A stretch of 64,000 nucleotides of DNA, from positions 396 to 64,395 of the forward strand of contig CAMBEL010000004.1 of NCBI GenBank assembly GCA_945865605.1, written 5' to 3'. The translations under genes were made by a program, and so were the position numbers. Within the stretch, counting starts at the first letter, position 1, and each line of letters starts with the position of its first letter. Below the pieces are notes generated by a model that was not told the origin of the DNA, did no database searches, and was given only the letters and a program-made list of their open reading frames with translations. This document shows, in pieces, positions 11,041 through 21,570 of the stretch. This DNA is from Bifidobacterium breve (lineage in GTDB: Bacteria; Actinomycetota; Acidimicrobiia; IMCC26256; JAENVU01).

Positions 11041-12077
11041 CCGACGGCCACCTTAAGGATCCCTGTAGCGACGATGTTGATCAGGCCGATCGGAATGAGC
11101 ACCTTCCAAGCGAGGGACTGCAGTTGGTCCTCGCGCAGGCGCGGATATGTGAACCTCACCCAGAACATCAGGAAGGCGATGGCCATCAATTTTACGAAAA
11201 GCACGATCGGGCCAAGCAGTTCAGCTGTGGCGCCGTGAACACCAGGTATTGCCCATCCGCCGAGAAAGAGCGTTGCTGCCAACGCTGCGAACGCGAACGC
11301 TGTACCGAACTCACCGATGAAGAAAAACAGGAAACGAAACCCTGAGTACTCGACCATGTAGCCGGAGATCAGTTCGCTCTCTGCTACTGGCATGTCGAAT
11401 GGGGGCTGTGTGAGTTCGGCTTGCGCGGCGACTAGGAACAGAGCGAAGCCGATGAATTGCGTGAAAATAAATGGGTTACCTATAGCCGTGATACCAAAAA
11501 TCGATCCGTCCTGTTGGGCGGTGACGATGCCCTGAAGGCTCATCGTTCCGGCCTGGATCACGACCCCGACAACAGCGAGCAGCAATGGAAGTTCGTACGC
11601 AATTAGTTGGCCGGCTGCGCGCAACGCGCCGAGCAGCGCGAACTTGTTGGAGCTAGCCCACCCGGCCATCAAGACACCGATGACCGACAGGCTCGACACG
11701 GCGAGCGCGTAGAAGACGCCCACATCTAGGTCCTCGACGATTGTACGCGGGCCCGCGGGGATTACGAGGAAGATCAGGAAGGTCGACATCACGATTACCG
11801 CCGGTGCCATCGCGAAAACTCTGCGATCAGCTTCGGCGGGCATGATGTCTTCTTTTTGCAGGAACTTGAGACCGTCGCCCACTAGTTGGAACCACCCGTG
11901 GAAGCCGCCGGGATCCATTGGCCCAAGACGACTCTGCATGTGGCTCATCATTTTCAGCAGGAACGTGTAGCCAAGAACTAACGCTCCGAACGGAATGATT
12001 GCGAGCACAAGAATCGTCTTGATCGCGAGGGTAGAACCCCAGCCAATGTCAAGAGCGAGAGTCGCTAGAACACTCAT
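11037..12077 (-). CDS. nuoH: NADH-quinone oxidoreductase subunit H (operon 1)
   Basis: 346-aa polytopic protein with [15 protein letters not shown] (the NuoH/ND1 loop) and [14 protein letters not shown]. Confidence 0.92.
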   Translation of the reverse strand: MSVLATLALDIGWGSTLAIKTILVLAIIPFGALVLGYTFLLKMMSHMQSRLGPMDPGGFHGWFQLVGDGLKFLQKEDIMPAEADRRVFAMAPAVIVMSTFLIFLVIPAGPRTIVEDLDVGVFYALAVSSLSVIGVLMAGWASSNKFALLGALRAAGQLIAYELPLLLAVVGVVIQAGTMSLQGIVTAQQDGSIFGITAIGNPFIFTQFIGFALFLVAAQAELTQPPFDMPVAESELISGYMVEYSGFRFLFFFIGEFGTAFAFAALAATLFLGGWAIPGVHGATAELLGPIVLFVKLMAIAFLMFWVRFTYPRLREDQLQSLAWKVLIPIGLINIVATGILKVAVG

Positions 12078-13264
12078 CGGTCGATGTCTCCGAGAATGAA
12101 GTACAGGCTTCCGAGGACTGTCACAACATCGGGAACGTATAGGCCGCGCAACAACCAGGGCAGGATGGAAACGTTGCTAAAACTCGCCGACCGAATCTTC
12201 ACGCGGAATGGCCCTATCGCTCCCTTGGAAACGACGTAGTACCCCATCTGTCCCAACGGGTTCTCGGTCTCTACCCACACTTCTCCAGCGGGAACCTTGA
12301 TGATGCGCGGGACCTTGGCCATCACGGGACCCGACGCAAGGCCATCTAAAAGTTGCAAAACCATACGTACTGACTCGCGGGTTTCCTGAAGCCGCACCCA
12401 ATACCGCGCGAACGAATCGCCGTCTTGATGTGTCCAGACCTTGAAATCCAACTCGTTGTAGGACAGGTAGGGCTTTCCGTCGCGACGAAGGTCCCAATCG
12501 ACACCGGATGCGCGCAGGTTTGCTCCTGAAACGCCATAGGCCGCGCCAAGTTCGGCCGGGATGATTCCGACGCCGCGCGTACGCGCTTGGAAGATCTCAT
12601 TACCTACGAGAACATCTTCGAAGTCGTCGCATCCGTCGAGGATGCGCTTCATGGCGGCGCGACACTCCACGATCCATCCCCATGGAAGATCGTCCTTGAC
12701 GCCTCCGATCCGGTTGAAGTTGGGATGGAAGCGACCACCAGTAGCACCTTCGATGAGATTGAGGACGTGCTCGCGATCGCGGAAGCCCCAGAAAGCCGGT
12801 GTCAATGCGCCAACCTGCAGACCCATCTCTCCGAGGAATAAATAGATAGTGGCGATGCGTGACAGCTCTGTAAGGAGAGTTCGGATGTGCTGTGCGCGCT
12901 GTGGCGCTTCGATCCCCATTAGTTGTTCGGCGGCATGGATGAATGGAACTTCATTAGCGAATGAACTCAGCCAGTCGATTCGATTGATCAAGGTCGTGAT
13001 CTGCGGGTACGTGCGAAATTCGGTGAGCTTCTCGTAGCCGCGATGCATGTAACCGATAACTGGGTCAGCCGCGATTACGCGTTCTCCATCGAGACGCACA
13101 ACCAGTCGCAATGTTCCATGCGTTGCTGGGTGCTGCGGCCCCATGTTCAGGATCATGTCTCCGGTATCGAGTTCAACTGCGAGACGTGCGTCTGCGAGGG
13201 GATTCAAAGACCCGGGCTCTACTTCGAACCCTGGCAATTGCGATGGAGGCTGAGTGGTTGTCAT
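12074..13264 (-). CDS. nuoD: NADH-quinone oxidoreductase subunit D (operon 1)
   Basis: 396 aa with NMGPQHPATHGTLRL, GYMHRGYEKL and the C-terminal ILGDIDR. It abuts nuoH directly, so no nuoE/F/G lie in between. Confidence 0.93.
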   Translation of the reverse strand: MTTTQPPSQLPGFEVEPGSLNPLADARLAVELDTGDMILNMGPQHPATHGTLRLVVRLDGERVIAADPVIGYMHRGYEKLTEFRTYPQITTLINRIDWLSSFANEVPFIHAAEQLMGIEAPQRAQHIRTLLTELSRIATIYLFLGEMGLQVGALTPAFWGFRDREHVLNLIEGATGGRFHPNFNRIGGVKDDLPWGWIVECRAAMKRILDGCDDFEDVLVGNEIFQARTRGVGIIPAELGAAYGVSGANLRASGVDWDLRRDGKPYLSYNELDFKVWTHQDGDSFARYWVRLQETRESVRMVLQLLDGLASGPVMAKVPRIIKVPAGEVWVETENPLGQMGYYVVSKGAIGPFRVKIRSASFSNVSILPWLLRGLYVPDVVTVLGSLYFILGDIDR

Positions 13265-13917
13265 TCTCCGCCCTCCGCGTCCACAACGCCCGGCATCGGT
13301 TCAACGTCTACAAGGCCGGGCCACGGCTTAACTTCGCGAGCCAGCAACGGAAAGTCTTTGCGCAGGGGGTGGCCTTCGAATCCGCCAGGCAAATACAAGT
13401 TGCGAAGGCTCGGATGGCCATCGAAGACGATGCCGTACATCTCCCAACATTCACGTTCGTGCCAGTCGGCACCTGGATAGATAGCAACCCAACTCGCGAT
13501 GCGCGGGTCGGTTTCATCGACGTCGGACTTGATCGTGACTCCCCAATGACGACTGGTCGACTGCACGTGTCCAAAAACTTGGAAACGTCCTGCCGATCCC
13601 GTTACACCGAAAGTCATTTCTGTCGGCTGTACCGGTGCGCTGAGATCTGAACCTTCTTGGCCGTCTGGGCGAGTAACCGGTTGCCAGTCGATGCCCGAAA
13701 TAAACGACAGGTAGTCACACTCGAGTTCACCCTTGGCGAACTCTGCGGCCGGTGCCCAAGAGTCCGGCTTTACGCGGATAACAAGTGTTCCGAAACTGTC
13801 TTCCCACGCCAGGATGCCGTCACCAAGAGCTTCGCCTAAACGGGCAGCGAGAACACCAACCACTGGGTCAGGAATATCAGCTTCGGCAGTTTCGACTGCA
13901 ACAACATCGTCAGACAA
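13261..13917 (-). CDS. nuoC: NADH-quinone oxidoreductase subunit C (operon 1)
   Basis: Contains the 30-kDa-subunit block [26 protein letters not shown]. The track ORF to 13965 overlaps nuoB by 56 nt. TTG at 13917 or a GTG further in is more likely; the start is uncertain. Confidence 0.85.
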   Translation of the reverse strand: MSDDVVAVETAEADIPDPVVGVLAARLGEALGDGILAWEDSFGTLVIRVKPDSWAPAAEFAKGELECDYLSFISGIDWQPVTRPDGQEGSDLSAPVQPTEMTFGVTGSAGRFQVFGHVQSTSRHWGVTIKSDVDETDPRIASWVAIYPGADWHERECWEMYGIVFDGHPSLRNLYLPGGFEGHPLRKDFPLLAREVKPWPGLVDVEPMPGVVDAEGGE

Positions 13918-14437
13918 CTTCGACTGGCTCCCCGCGCCAACGCGCCACCAACTCGTCGTTTCCAAGTCCTTCTTGTTGGATACGTTCTTGCAGCATCACA
14001 ACTGCATCGAGCAGCGCTTCTGGGCGAGGCGGGCAACCGGGTATGTAGATATCGACCGGAATGACTTGGTCTACGCCCTTGGTCACCGAGTACGAGTCCC
14101 AATACGGTCCCCCGCAGTTCGCGCAACTGCCCATCGAGATCACATATTTTGGATCGGGCATCTGTTCGTAGAGACGCTTGATCGCAGGGACCATCTTGTC
14201 TGTAACGGTTCCCGAGATGACTATGAGGTCAGCCTGACGCGGGCTTGCAGGAAACGGGATTACCCCGAGTCGCATCATGTCGAAACGCGGGCTCGCTAGT
14301 GCGGCACCCATTTCGATCGCACAGCATGCAAGGCCCCACTGAAACATCCAAAGCGAGTACTTGCGGCTGTAGTTGAGTAACCATGTCACCGGCTTGAGCG
14401 GCTTGCGGCTGAGAACGCCTTTCTCTACTAGGCCCAT
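13910..14437 (-). CDS. nuoB: NADH-quinone oxidoreductase subunit B (operon 1)
   Basis: 175 aa with the N2-cluster cysteine blocks [21 protein letters not shown] and IPGCPPRPE. Confidence 0.93.
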   Translation of the reverse strand: MGLVEKGVLSRKPLKPVTWLLNYSRKYSLWMFQWGLACCAIEMGAALASPRFDMMRLGVIPFPASPRQADLIVISGTVTDKMVPAIKRLYEQMPDPKYVISMGSCANCGGPYWDSYSVTKGVDQVIPVDIYIPGCPPRPEALLDAVVMLQERIQQEGLGNDELVARWRGEPVEVV

Positions 14438-14790
14438 CGCAACACGCCCTTACGCCATGCGTACACCAGCCCAAGCGCTAGCAACACGATGAACACAATC
14501 ATCGATACCAACGCCTGAACACCGAGTTCTTCAACACGCACTGCCCACGGAAAAATAAATACTGCTTCAACATCGAACATCACGAACAGCAGCGCATACA
14601 CGTAGTACCGAACATTGGATTGGCCGAATGTGCCAACCGGGTCCGAACCCGCTTCGTACGTGATGTACTTCTGCGGCTGAGGGCGACGCGGCCGGATTAG
14701 GGATCCGAGGCCAAGCATGCCTCCAACCATCACAAGCGCTGCGCCGATGAGCACGGCTACCGCTAGATACTGCCGGTAGTACTCAGTCAC
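14428..14790 (-). CDS. nuoA: NADH-quinone oxidoreductase subunit A (operon 1)
   Basis: 120 aa with 3 TM segments and the block [22 protein letters not shown] start with GGAGAG upstream. Confidence 0.88.
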   Translation of the reverse strand: MTEYYRQYLAVAVLIGAALVMVGGMLGLGSLIRPRRPQPQKYITYEAGSDPVGTFGQSNVRYYVYALLFVMFDVEAVFIFPWAVRVEELGVQALVSMIVFIVLLALGLVYAWRKGVLRWA

Positions 14791-14904
14791 GCGCGTCTCT
14801 CCGCACCGGTGGACCCTCGAACAACCCGAGCATATACCGGCCGTTTAGCAATATAGGAACCCACTCGGAGTCCATGGCTGGGGTTTCTTGAGGCATCGAT
14901 TGTC

Positions 14905-16395
14905 CTAGAAGATGAGGTGGGCGTTGCTGGCAAATTCGAGCACGATGGTTGGCAAGACTCCGAACCAGATCGTGAATGCTGCGCAGAGGGCGAGAACGGC
15001 GGTCGTCGGACTATCGACCCTGGAATGGTTGGCGGCAGGAATGTCGCTTTCTTCATCGGCTCCGGCGAACATCACAAGAATGACCCGCAGGTAGAAGACA
15101 GCACCCACAACGGATGCAACGACTCCGATTATCAGTAGCGAATAGCTGTGGGCATCGGCAGCCGCGGCGAAAATGCCCAACTTTGCGATGAATCCTCCGG
15201 TTGGCGGAATGCCAGCCTGGGCTAACAAGAACAAGGCGAGCAGCGCAGCCATAACGGGCCTATCGCGGCCGAGTCCGCGGTAGTCCTCAATGAGGTGTTT
15301 GTCATCTCGCCTTCCGATCACAGCGACAATCGCAAAAGATCCGACCGTCATGAACGCATAAACCAGCAAGTACACAAGAGCGGATTGGAGCCCCTCACGT
15401 GTGCCAGCTTCAACACCAATCAACACATATCCAGCGTGGCTAATCGAGGAGTAAGCCAACATCCGCTTCATGTCTGTCTGAGCGATCGCGACAACCGAAC
15501 CAACTACCAACGTGATCACTGCGAGTGCCCAGATTGCCGGTCTCCAGTCGTCCCGGTATAGATCGAGGCCGGTGAAGAGGATGCGGATCAGAGCAGCGAA
15601 ACCGACGGCCTTGGTTGCCGATGCCATGAACGCTGTTACAGGGGTTGGTGAACCGTCGTATACGTCTGGTGTCCACATATGGAATGGGACGGCTGCAATT
15701 TTGAAGCCAAGCCCTACGAGCAGGAGCATGATTCCCGCTATCAGGGTCCCTTCACTAAGGAGGGTTACCGAGGCCAAGAAGTCCGCGATGCCCGATAGAG
15801 ATGTGGTTCCAGTGGCACCATATACGAGCGCGATTCCATAGAGGAAGATCGCCGACGCGAACGCGCCGAGAACGAAGTACTTCATGCCTGCCTCTAGAGA
15901 ACGTGCTCGACGGCGGTCGTATGCCGCCATTACATATAGAGGAATCGAAAGCGTCTCCAACGCCACGAACACAACGATTAGGTCATTGGCGGTGCTCATC
16001 ACGAGCATCCCCGCGGTGGACATCAGCAGTAGTGCTACGTACTCGGGCCGAGATTCGATGCCCTGACGTGCGAGGTACTGGCTCGACAACAACAGCGCAA
16101 GAGACGCGGCGATCAATACGATCACACCGATAAACACCGCGAAACCATCGATAGCCACCATGTCGTCGAGCGTGAGAAATGGCCCTGAGTCGGAGACTTC
16201 GGACCACTGGCACGTCAGGAACAAAGCTGCGGCAGCCAAGCCGGCGAAGCCGATCCCGATCGATGCTCCATAAACCCATCCGGCGTGTCGAACGACCGAT
16301 CTCAGCAAAATGATTACTAGGGCGGCTATTACGAGAGCGATAACCGGCGCGATTGCGAGCCAGTCGATACTTGGAGTCTGTGCAGCGAGGTTCAC
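14905..16395 (-). CDS. nuoN: NADH-quinone oxidoreductase subunit N (operon 2, 14-subunit set)
   Basis: 496 aa with the block FHMWTPDVYDGSPTPVTAFM. It is the last gene of the nuoA-N operon. Confidence 0.9.
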   Translation of the reverse strand: MNLAAQTPSIDWLAIAPVIALVIAALVIILLRSVVRHAGWVYGASIGIGFAGLAAAALFLTCQWSEVSDSGPFLTLDDMVAIDGFAVFIGVIVLIAASLALLLSSQYLARQGIESRPEYVALLLMSTAGMLVMSTANDLIVVFVALETLSIPLYVMAAYDRRRARSLEAGMKYFVLGAFASAIFLYGIALVYGATGTTSLSGIADFLASVTLLSEGTLIAGIMLLLVGLGFKIAAVPFHMWTPDVYDGSPTPVTAFMASATKAVGFAALIRILFTGLDLYRDDWRPAIWALAVITLVVGSVVAIAQTDMKRMLAYSSISHAGYVLIGVEAGTREGLQSALVYLLVYAFMTVGSFAIVAVIGRRDDKHLIEDYRGLGRDRPVMAALLALFLLAQAGIPPTGGFIAKLGIFAAAADAHSYSLLIIGVVASVVGAVFYLRVILVMFAGADEESDIPAANHSRVDSPTTAVLALCAAFTIWFGVLPTIVLEFASNAHLIF

Positions 16396-18008
16396 TTGGA
16401 CACGTCCTCATGCGGCGACGACGGGCCTTCGGTGTCGTACTGCTGGATCTTTTCTTCCTCTTCCACTATCTCGCTCGGACTCGGAACACGATCCGCAGCA
16501 GGTTGTCGGTAGTCCGTCTTGCGTTCGAAATTCTCGATCACGCGCCTTGCGGTCGGTTCAATTCGATCGAGGACCGGACTCGGGTGAATACCGATAAAAA
16601 GACTGATCAACAAGAGCGGGGCGACAACGGCAATCTCGCGGAGATTGACGTCTTTTACCTTCGCGTTCTCTTCATTTGGCACGCCCGTAAAGACGCGCTG
16701 GAACATCCAGAGCATGTAGACGGCGCCAAGGACAACACCAATCGTCGCTACGACACCCCACCAACGATGAGCAATAAACGCTCCCAGAATCGAGAGGAAC
16801 TCTCCGATGAACCCCGAGAATCCTGGGAGTCCTATCCCTGCGAACATCGCAACCATAAATAGGGTCGTCAGAATCGGCGCCGAACGCCAGATGCCACCGA
16901 ACGCGTCAATATCGCGCGTGTGGCGGCGTTCATAGAGCATGCCAATCACAAGGAACAGCGAGCCCGTGGTCAATGGATGGCTAACCATGGTGAACGCAGC
17001 GCCATCTAGTCCGAAAACAGTGATCGAGAAGATTCCCAGCAAGATGAACCCCATGTGCGCAACTGATGAAAACGCTATAAGCCGTTTTGCATCGCGTTGC
17101 ATCGCAGCAACAATCGATCCATAGACGATGCCTATTACGGCCATCGTCATTATCACTGGACCGAAGTAGACCGAAGCAGAGGGAAATAATTCAAAACTGA
17201 ATCGGAGAAAACCGTAAGCGCCCATTTTTAAAATCACACCGGCAAGCACCACAGAACCGGCGGTCGGCGCTTCGGTGTGTACGTCTGGCAACCATGTGTG
17301 GAATGGAAATAGGGGCGCCTTGATGGCAAAGGCCACCATGAAGCCAAGGAACAACCATTTCTCAGTTCCCCCCGCCAGCCCATCCCACGCAGCTAGAACC
17401 CGATAATCGAAAGTGAGCAAGCCGGTGTCCGCCTGATGCAAAAACCCAAGCGCGACGATCGCTGCAAGCAAGAACGCGGACCCAAGCGCTGTGTAGATGA
17501 AGAACTTCATCGATGCGTAAGCGCGGTTCGCGCTTCCCCAACCCGAGATTAGGAAGTACATCGGAACGAGCATTGCCTCCCAGAACACGAAGAAGGCGAT
17601 CAGATCAAGGGAGAGGAAGATGCCCATGATCGCGCCCTCGAGCAATAGGAACCAGAACATGTACTCCTTGACACGTCGTCCGATGTTTGCCGACGCAACC
17701 ATTCCGATAGGGAACAACAACGCCGTGATTACAACCATGAAGATCGAGAATCCATCAACGCCGACTATGTAACCAACACCTAAGGCATCGAACCAGCGGG
17801 CCTCCTCAACGAACTGAAATCCACCAACGCCTGCCTCAAACTCGGCCAAGAGCCACAACGCGAACCCGAGAGTTACCGCGGCAGTCAGAATCGCGACTGC
17901 ACGTGAAATCTCAGGGCGCTTAGACGGCGTACACAACACCGCTAATGCTCCGACGATCGGAGTAGCGATAAGCGCCGTGAGAATCGGGAAACCGAGGTCG
18001 CTCATCAT
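16392..18008 (-). CDS. nuoM: NADH-quinone oxidoreductase subunit M (operon 2)
   Basis: 538 aa with the block FPFHTWLPDVHTEAPTAGSVVLA and an acidic C-terminal tail. 4-nt overlaps with both neighbours. Confidence 0.9.
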   Translation of the reverse strand: MMSDLGFPILTALIATPIVGALAVLCTPSKRPEISRAVAILTAAVTLGFALWLLAEFEAGVGGFQFVEEARWFDALGVGYIVGVDGFSIFMVVITALLFPIGMVASANIGRRVKEYMFWFLLLEGAIMGIFLSLDLIAFFVFWEAMLVPMYFLISGWGSANRAYASMKFFIYTALGSAFLLAAIVALGFLHQADTGLLTFDYRVLAAWDGLAGGTEKWLFLGFMVAFAIKAPLFPFHTWLPDVHTEAPTAGSVVLAGVILKMGAYGFLRFSFELFPSASVYFGPVIMTMAVIGIVYGSIVAAMQRDAKRLIAFSSVAHMGFILLGIFSITVFGLDGAAFTMVSHPLTTGSLFLVIGMLYERRHTRDIDAFGGIWRSAPILTTLFMVAMFAGIGLPGFSGFIGEFLSILGAFIAHRWWGVVATIGVVLGAVYMLWMFQRVFTGVPNEENAKVKDVNLREIAVVAPLLLISLFIGIHPSPVLDRIEPTARRVIENFERKTDYRQPAADRVPSPSEIVEEEEKIQQYDTEGPSSPHEDVSK

Positions 18009-20095
18009 CCACCGACCAGTGCGAGCGCGTATAGAAGGAGCAACACGGTGCCGAGCACTATGCCTAAGGCGTATTGACGCACTAGGCCCGTCTGGATACG
18101 CCTCATGTTGCGCGCAGCCACAACAACAAGATGCGCTACACCATTGACCGCGCCATCAATGACCTTGAGATCGAAGACATCGGATAGCCATTGAGATGCC
18201 TTTCGTAGCGGGCCACCGACTGCAGCGCTCACAAATTTGTCGTAGTACCACGCGTTCCCGAACAGGCGACCCAATCGACCGAGACGCTTGGTGGTCGGGT
18301 CGGGCTTCGTGGAATCGAGTCCCTTGCCATATGTCTTGTACGCGATCCAGATTCCGGTTCCTACAACCAGTACCGCAACAACATCGAGCATGAGTGCAGA
18401 AACAAACGACGTCGGTTCTGGGGCATGGAACCCAGCGAAGACTGGCTCCAAAAAGGCGTTCAAGAACTCGAGTTTTGTGAATGGCAAATTGAGAAGTCCT
18501 GCAAAAATCGAGAAGGTCGCCAGGATCAATACCGGCGCGATCATCACCTTTGATCCCTCGTGTGGATTCCCACTGAGATGTTTAGGGGAAGGTTCCGTTC
18601 CGAAATCGACGGTCGGGGATGCAGTGGCGTCATGTTCATGGGCACGTTGGGGTTCGGTCACAACGGCTACCAGGGCTTCGGGTGCGGTGGTTTCGAGTAC
18701 CTGGGTTGTGGAAGCAGTGGCTCCTGCAGCAGAAACCGCGGGATGAAACCGTTCGTTGCCGAAGAAAACCAGCAATGTCTCGCGGCTCATATACATCGCC
18801 GTGAGCGCGGCAGCTGATAGGCCGACCGCATAGACGAAGTAGTTCCCCGCGTAGAACGCACTTGCAAGGACTTCGTCTTTGGCCCAGAAACCGGCTAAAG
18901 GAGGTACTCCGGAAATCGAAATCCAAGCGATGATGAACGCGACGCCAGTAAACGGTAAGTACTTGCGGAGTCCACCCAAATGGCGGATGTCCTGTTCATC
19001 GTGCGTCCCATGAATAACTGTTCCAGACCCAAGAAAGAGCGTCGCCTTGTAAAACGCGTGGACAAGCACGAAAAAGACGGCAGCCGAATACGCGCCGACG
19101 CCAGCCGCTACAAACATGTATCCAAGTTGGCTGATTGTCGAGTACGCAAGCACGCGTTTGATGTCGGGTTGGACAAGCGCAATGGTTCCCGCGAGCAACG
19201 CAGTAATCGCGCCGAAAACGGCAACGACTGTCATCGCATCGCCGCTACGCTCAAAGAACGGGGCCGCGCGGCACACAAGAAATACGCCAGCAGTCACCAT
19301 GGTTGCCGCATGGATCAACGCGGACACTGGTGTTGGGCCTTCCATCGCGTCTGGAAGCCAAATGTGCAGACCAATCTGCGCGCTTTTGCCGATGCAGGCA
19401 AGGAACAGCAACAACGCGATGGCTGTGGCTGTCGATTGCGCCATGCCCGCAGCTTTCGAACTCATCGCGGCGTAGTCGAGGCTACCGAGTGCACCCACGA
19501 TGAAGAACATGGCGAGCATGAATCCAAAATCGCCAACGCGGTTCGTCACGAAAGCCTTGACTGAAGCGGTCGAAGCACGGCGGCGCTCTGACCAGAATCC
19601 AACCAATAGATACGAACAGAGGCCGACACCCTCCCACCCGAGAAATGTGACGAGAAAACTGCTCGCTAATACGAGCACAAGCATCGAGGCTGCGAACAAG
19701 TTGAAGTATGCGAAGAATCGACCGAAGTTGGGATCGGTATGCATGTAACCGATCGCATAGAGATGGATCAACGATCCGACACCGGTGACAAGAAGTATCC
19801 AGGTAATCGAAAGAGGATCAGCCAGGAAGCCGAGATTTACCTTCAATGCTCCGGCCTCAAGCCAGGTGAAAAGGTTGACAGTGTTGTGGCGGGATTCTTC
19901 CGGCAAGTTCAAGAGTGCTGCGAACATCACAATCGACCATATGAACGCCGCAAATAACAACCCGGTTGCGATCCAACCAGAGCGCGGGTCGCCGATTCGG
20001 CGTCCACCAAACAAGAGGACGATCGCGCCCAGCAATGGCAGGGCAGGGACAATCCAAATCGTATTGAGAAGGTCGTGCGCGTCGATTGCGCTCAT
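18005..20095 (-). CDS. nuoL: NADH-quinone oxidoreductase subunit L (operon 2)
   Basis: 696 aa with the block [28 protein letters not shown]. Confidence 0.92.
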   Translation of the reverse strand: MSAIDAHDLLNTIWIVPALPLLGAIVLLFGGRRIGDPRSGWIATGLLFAAFIWSIVMFAALLNLPEESRHNTVNLFTWLEAGALKVNLGFLADPLSITWILLVTGVGSLIHLYAIGYMHTDPNFGRFFAYFNLFAASMLVLVLASSFLVTFLGWEGVGLCSYLLVGFWSERRRASTASVKAFVTNRVGDFGFMLAMFFIVGALGSLDYAAMSSKAAGMAQSTATAIALLLFLACIGKSAQIGLHIWLPDAMEGPTPVSALIHAATMVTAGVFLVCRAAPFFERSGDAMTVVAVFGAITALLAGTIALVQPDIKRVLAYSTISQLGYMFVAAGVGAYSAAVFFVLVHAFYKATLFLGSGTVIHGTHDEQDIRHLGGLRKYLPFTGVAFIIAWISISGVPPLAGFWAKDEVLASAFYAGNYFVYAVGLSAAALTAMYMSRETLLVFFGNERFHPAVSAAGATASTTQVLETTAPEALVAVVTEPQRAHEHDATASPTVDFGTEPSPKHLSGNPHEGSKVMIAPVLILATFSIFAGLLNLPFTKLEFLNAFLEPVFAGFHAPEPTSFVSALMLDVVAVLVVGTGIWIAYKTYGKGLDSTKPDPTTKRLGRLGRLFGNAWYYDKFVSAAVGGPLRKASQWLSDVFDLKVIDGAVNGVAHLVVVAARNMRRIQTGLVRQYALGIVLGTVLLLLYALALVGG

Positions 20096-20400
20096 CCCCT
20101 CAGGAGGTCTATGTCATCGGCGGTGGCGCCTCCACGACGCCGCCGGAATATGGCCACGATGATCGCGAGACCCACAGCTACCTCTGCTGCTGCCACAACG
20201 AGCACGAAGAACACAATCGCTTGCCCACTGATGTCGTTCAACGATTTTGAGAATGCAACGAACGTCACGTTGACAGCATTGAGCATGAGCTCAACGCACA
20301 TGAACATGACTAGGACGTTTCTACGAACGAGAAATCCAACAGCGCCGATCGTGAAAAGCATCGCGGCGAAGGTAAGGAAGTAAGTATCGGTCAACTTCAC
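20092..20400 (-). CDS. nuoK: NADH-quinone oxidoreductase subunit K (operon 2)
   Basis: 102 aa with 3 TM segments and the motif [10 protein letters not shown] ... [12 protein letters not shown]. Confidence 0.9.
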   Translation of the reverse strand: MKLTDTYFLTFAAMLFTIGAVGFLVRRNVLVMFMCVELMLNAVNVTFVAFSKSLNDISGQAIVFFVLVVAAAEVAVGLAIIVAIFRRRRGGATADDIDLLRG

Positions 20401-20942
20401 GATGTCTCGACCTCATCGTCGATCGTGGGCTTGTTACTACGCCTAGCGAGTACGACGCTTCCGATCACCGCCGCCACGAGCAACACTGCGGTCACTTCAA
20501 ATGGCCATAGAAAGTCAGTAAATAAACTCCGCGCTACACGCTCGACGTTGCCACCGTCGCCAACTTGCAACGATCCACGAGATTGCTGCGCCCCGGTAGC
20601 CCATTGGTGGCCAGCCAAGAACAGCACCTCAGCGAGCACAACTAGCCCGAGGACGATGGCCACGGGTCTCTGGGCCTTAACCGGTTCGGTGAGGGATTCT
20701 TTTTCGTCGACACCAAGCAACATGATCACAAAGAGGAACAACACAACAATCGCGCCTGCGTAGACAATCACCTGTACGGCCGCGAGCAATTGTGCGTCTT
20801 GGATAATGAATAGAACCGCGATTGAAATCAGCACGGTGACGAGTAGCAACGCGCTGTGTACGGGATTTCGGGCGAGGACGACGCCAAGTGCTGCGCACAA
20901 CGCGATAGAGGCCATGATGAAGAAGATCACTACTTCGCTCAC
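20397..20942 (-). CDS. nuoJ: NADH-quinone oxidoreductase subunit J (operon 2)
   Basis: 181-aa membrane protein between nuoI and nuoK, with 4-nt overlaps. Confidence 0.85.
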   Translation of the reverse strand: MSEVVIFFIMASIALCAALGVVLARNPVHSALLLVTVLISIAVLFIIQDAQLLAAVQVIVYAGAIVVLFLFVIMLLGVDEKESLTEPVKAQRPVAIVLGLVVLAEVLFLAGHQWATGAQQSRGSLQVGDGGNVERVARSLFTDFLWPFEVTAVLLVAAVIGSVVLARRSNKPTIDDEVETS

Positions 20943-21565
20943 GACTGCTCCTCTCCTGGCCCCGGCGTCGGTGCAACTGAATCGGATTGACCTTTTTCCG
21001 GCTCGCGATAACCAAAACCCAGTTCGTTAGACCAAGCGACTCTTCCCTCAAATCCGGCATCTCCCGAAGGAGAGGTAGCGCGCATCCAGCCGCTTGTGTC
21101 GTCGTCTTCGCCGCCCTTCCAAAACTCCCATGGTTGTCGCTGCGCGCGCCCGTCGTCATCAACCAGTAACTCGGCCTTCGTGTAAATGGCGTCATCACGA
21201 TTGGTAAAGGACAGTTCGAACAACTTGGTTTCGGTGATCGCTTCCGTTGGACACGCTTCGACGCACAGATCGCAATGGATACACCGCAAGTAGTTGATCT
21301 CGTAGACAAACCCGAAGCGCTCGCCGGGAGAAACCGGCGAGTCGGGATTGTTGTCCGCGCCGCGCACATAGATGCACTTAGCAGGACACACGCCGGCGCA
21401 AAGTTCACAGCCGATGCACTTCTCCATGCCGTCTTCGTAACGGTTGAGCACGTGCCGACCATGGAACCGCTCTGGCTTGGGGCGTTTTTCCTCTGGATAG
21501 AGCGACGTGACGCGCGGGAGGAACATCTGCTTGAAGGTGACACCGAATCCTTGGAGGAGTCCCAT
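20939..21565 (-). CDS. nuoI: NADH-quinone oxidoreductase subunit I (operon 2)
   Basis: 208 aa with the motifs [12 protein letters not shown] and [12 protein letters not shown], plus a C-terminal extension of about 50 aa. Confidence 0.92.
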   Translation of the reverse strand: MGLLQGFGVTFKQMFLPRVTSLYPEEKRPKPERFHGRHVLNRYEDGMEKCIGCELCAGVCPAKCIYVRGADNNPDSPVSPGERFGFVYEINYLRCIHCDLCVEACPTEAITETKLFELSFTNRDDAIYTKAELLVDDDGRAQRQPWEFWKGGEDDDTSGWMRATSPSGDAGFEGRVAWSNELGFGYREPEKGQSDSVAPTPGPGEEQS

Positions 21566-21570
21566 CTTGC

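Noticed and set aside
14787-15056. 89-aa ORF spanning the spacer between the two nuo operons
   Set aside because: It overlaps the 3-prime end of nuoN2 out of frame, has Pro/Ser/Arg-rich composition and no RBS. I judge it not coding.
20677-21543. 288-aa minus-strand ORF overlapping nuoI2 and nuoJ2
   Set aside because: It is out of frame with two well-supported nuo genes. It is Arg/Ser/Thr-rich low-complexity sequence typical of shadow ORFs in GC-rich DNA.
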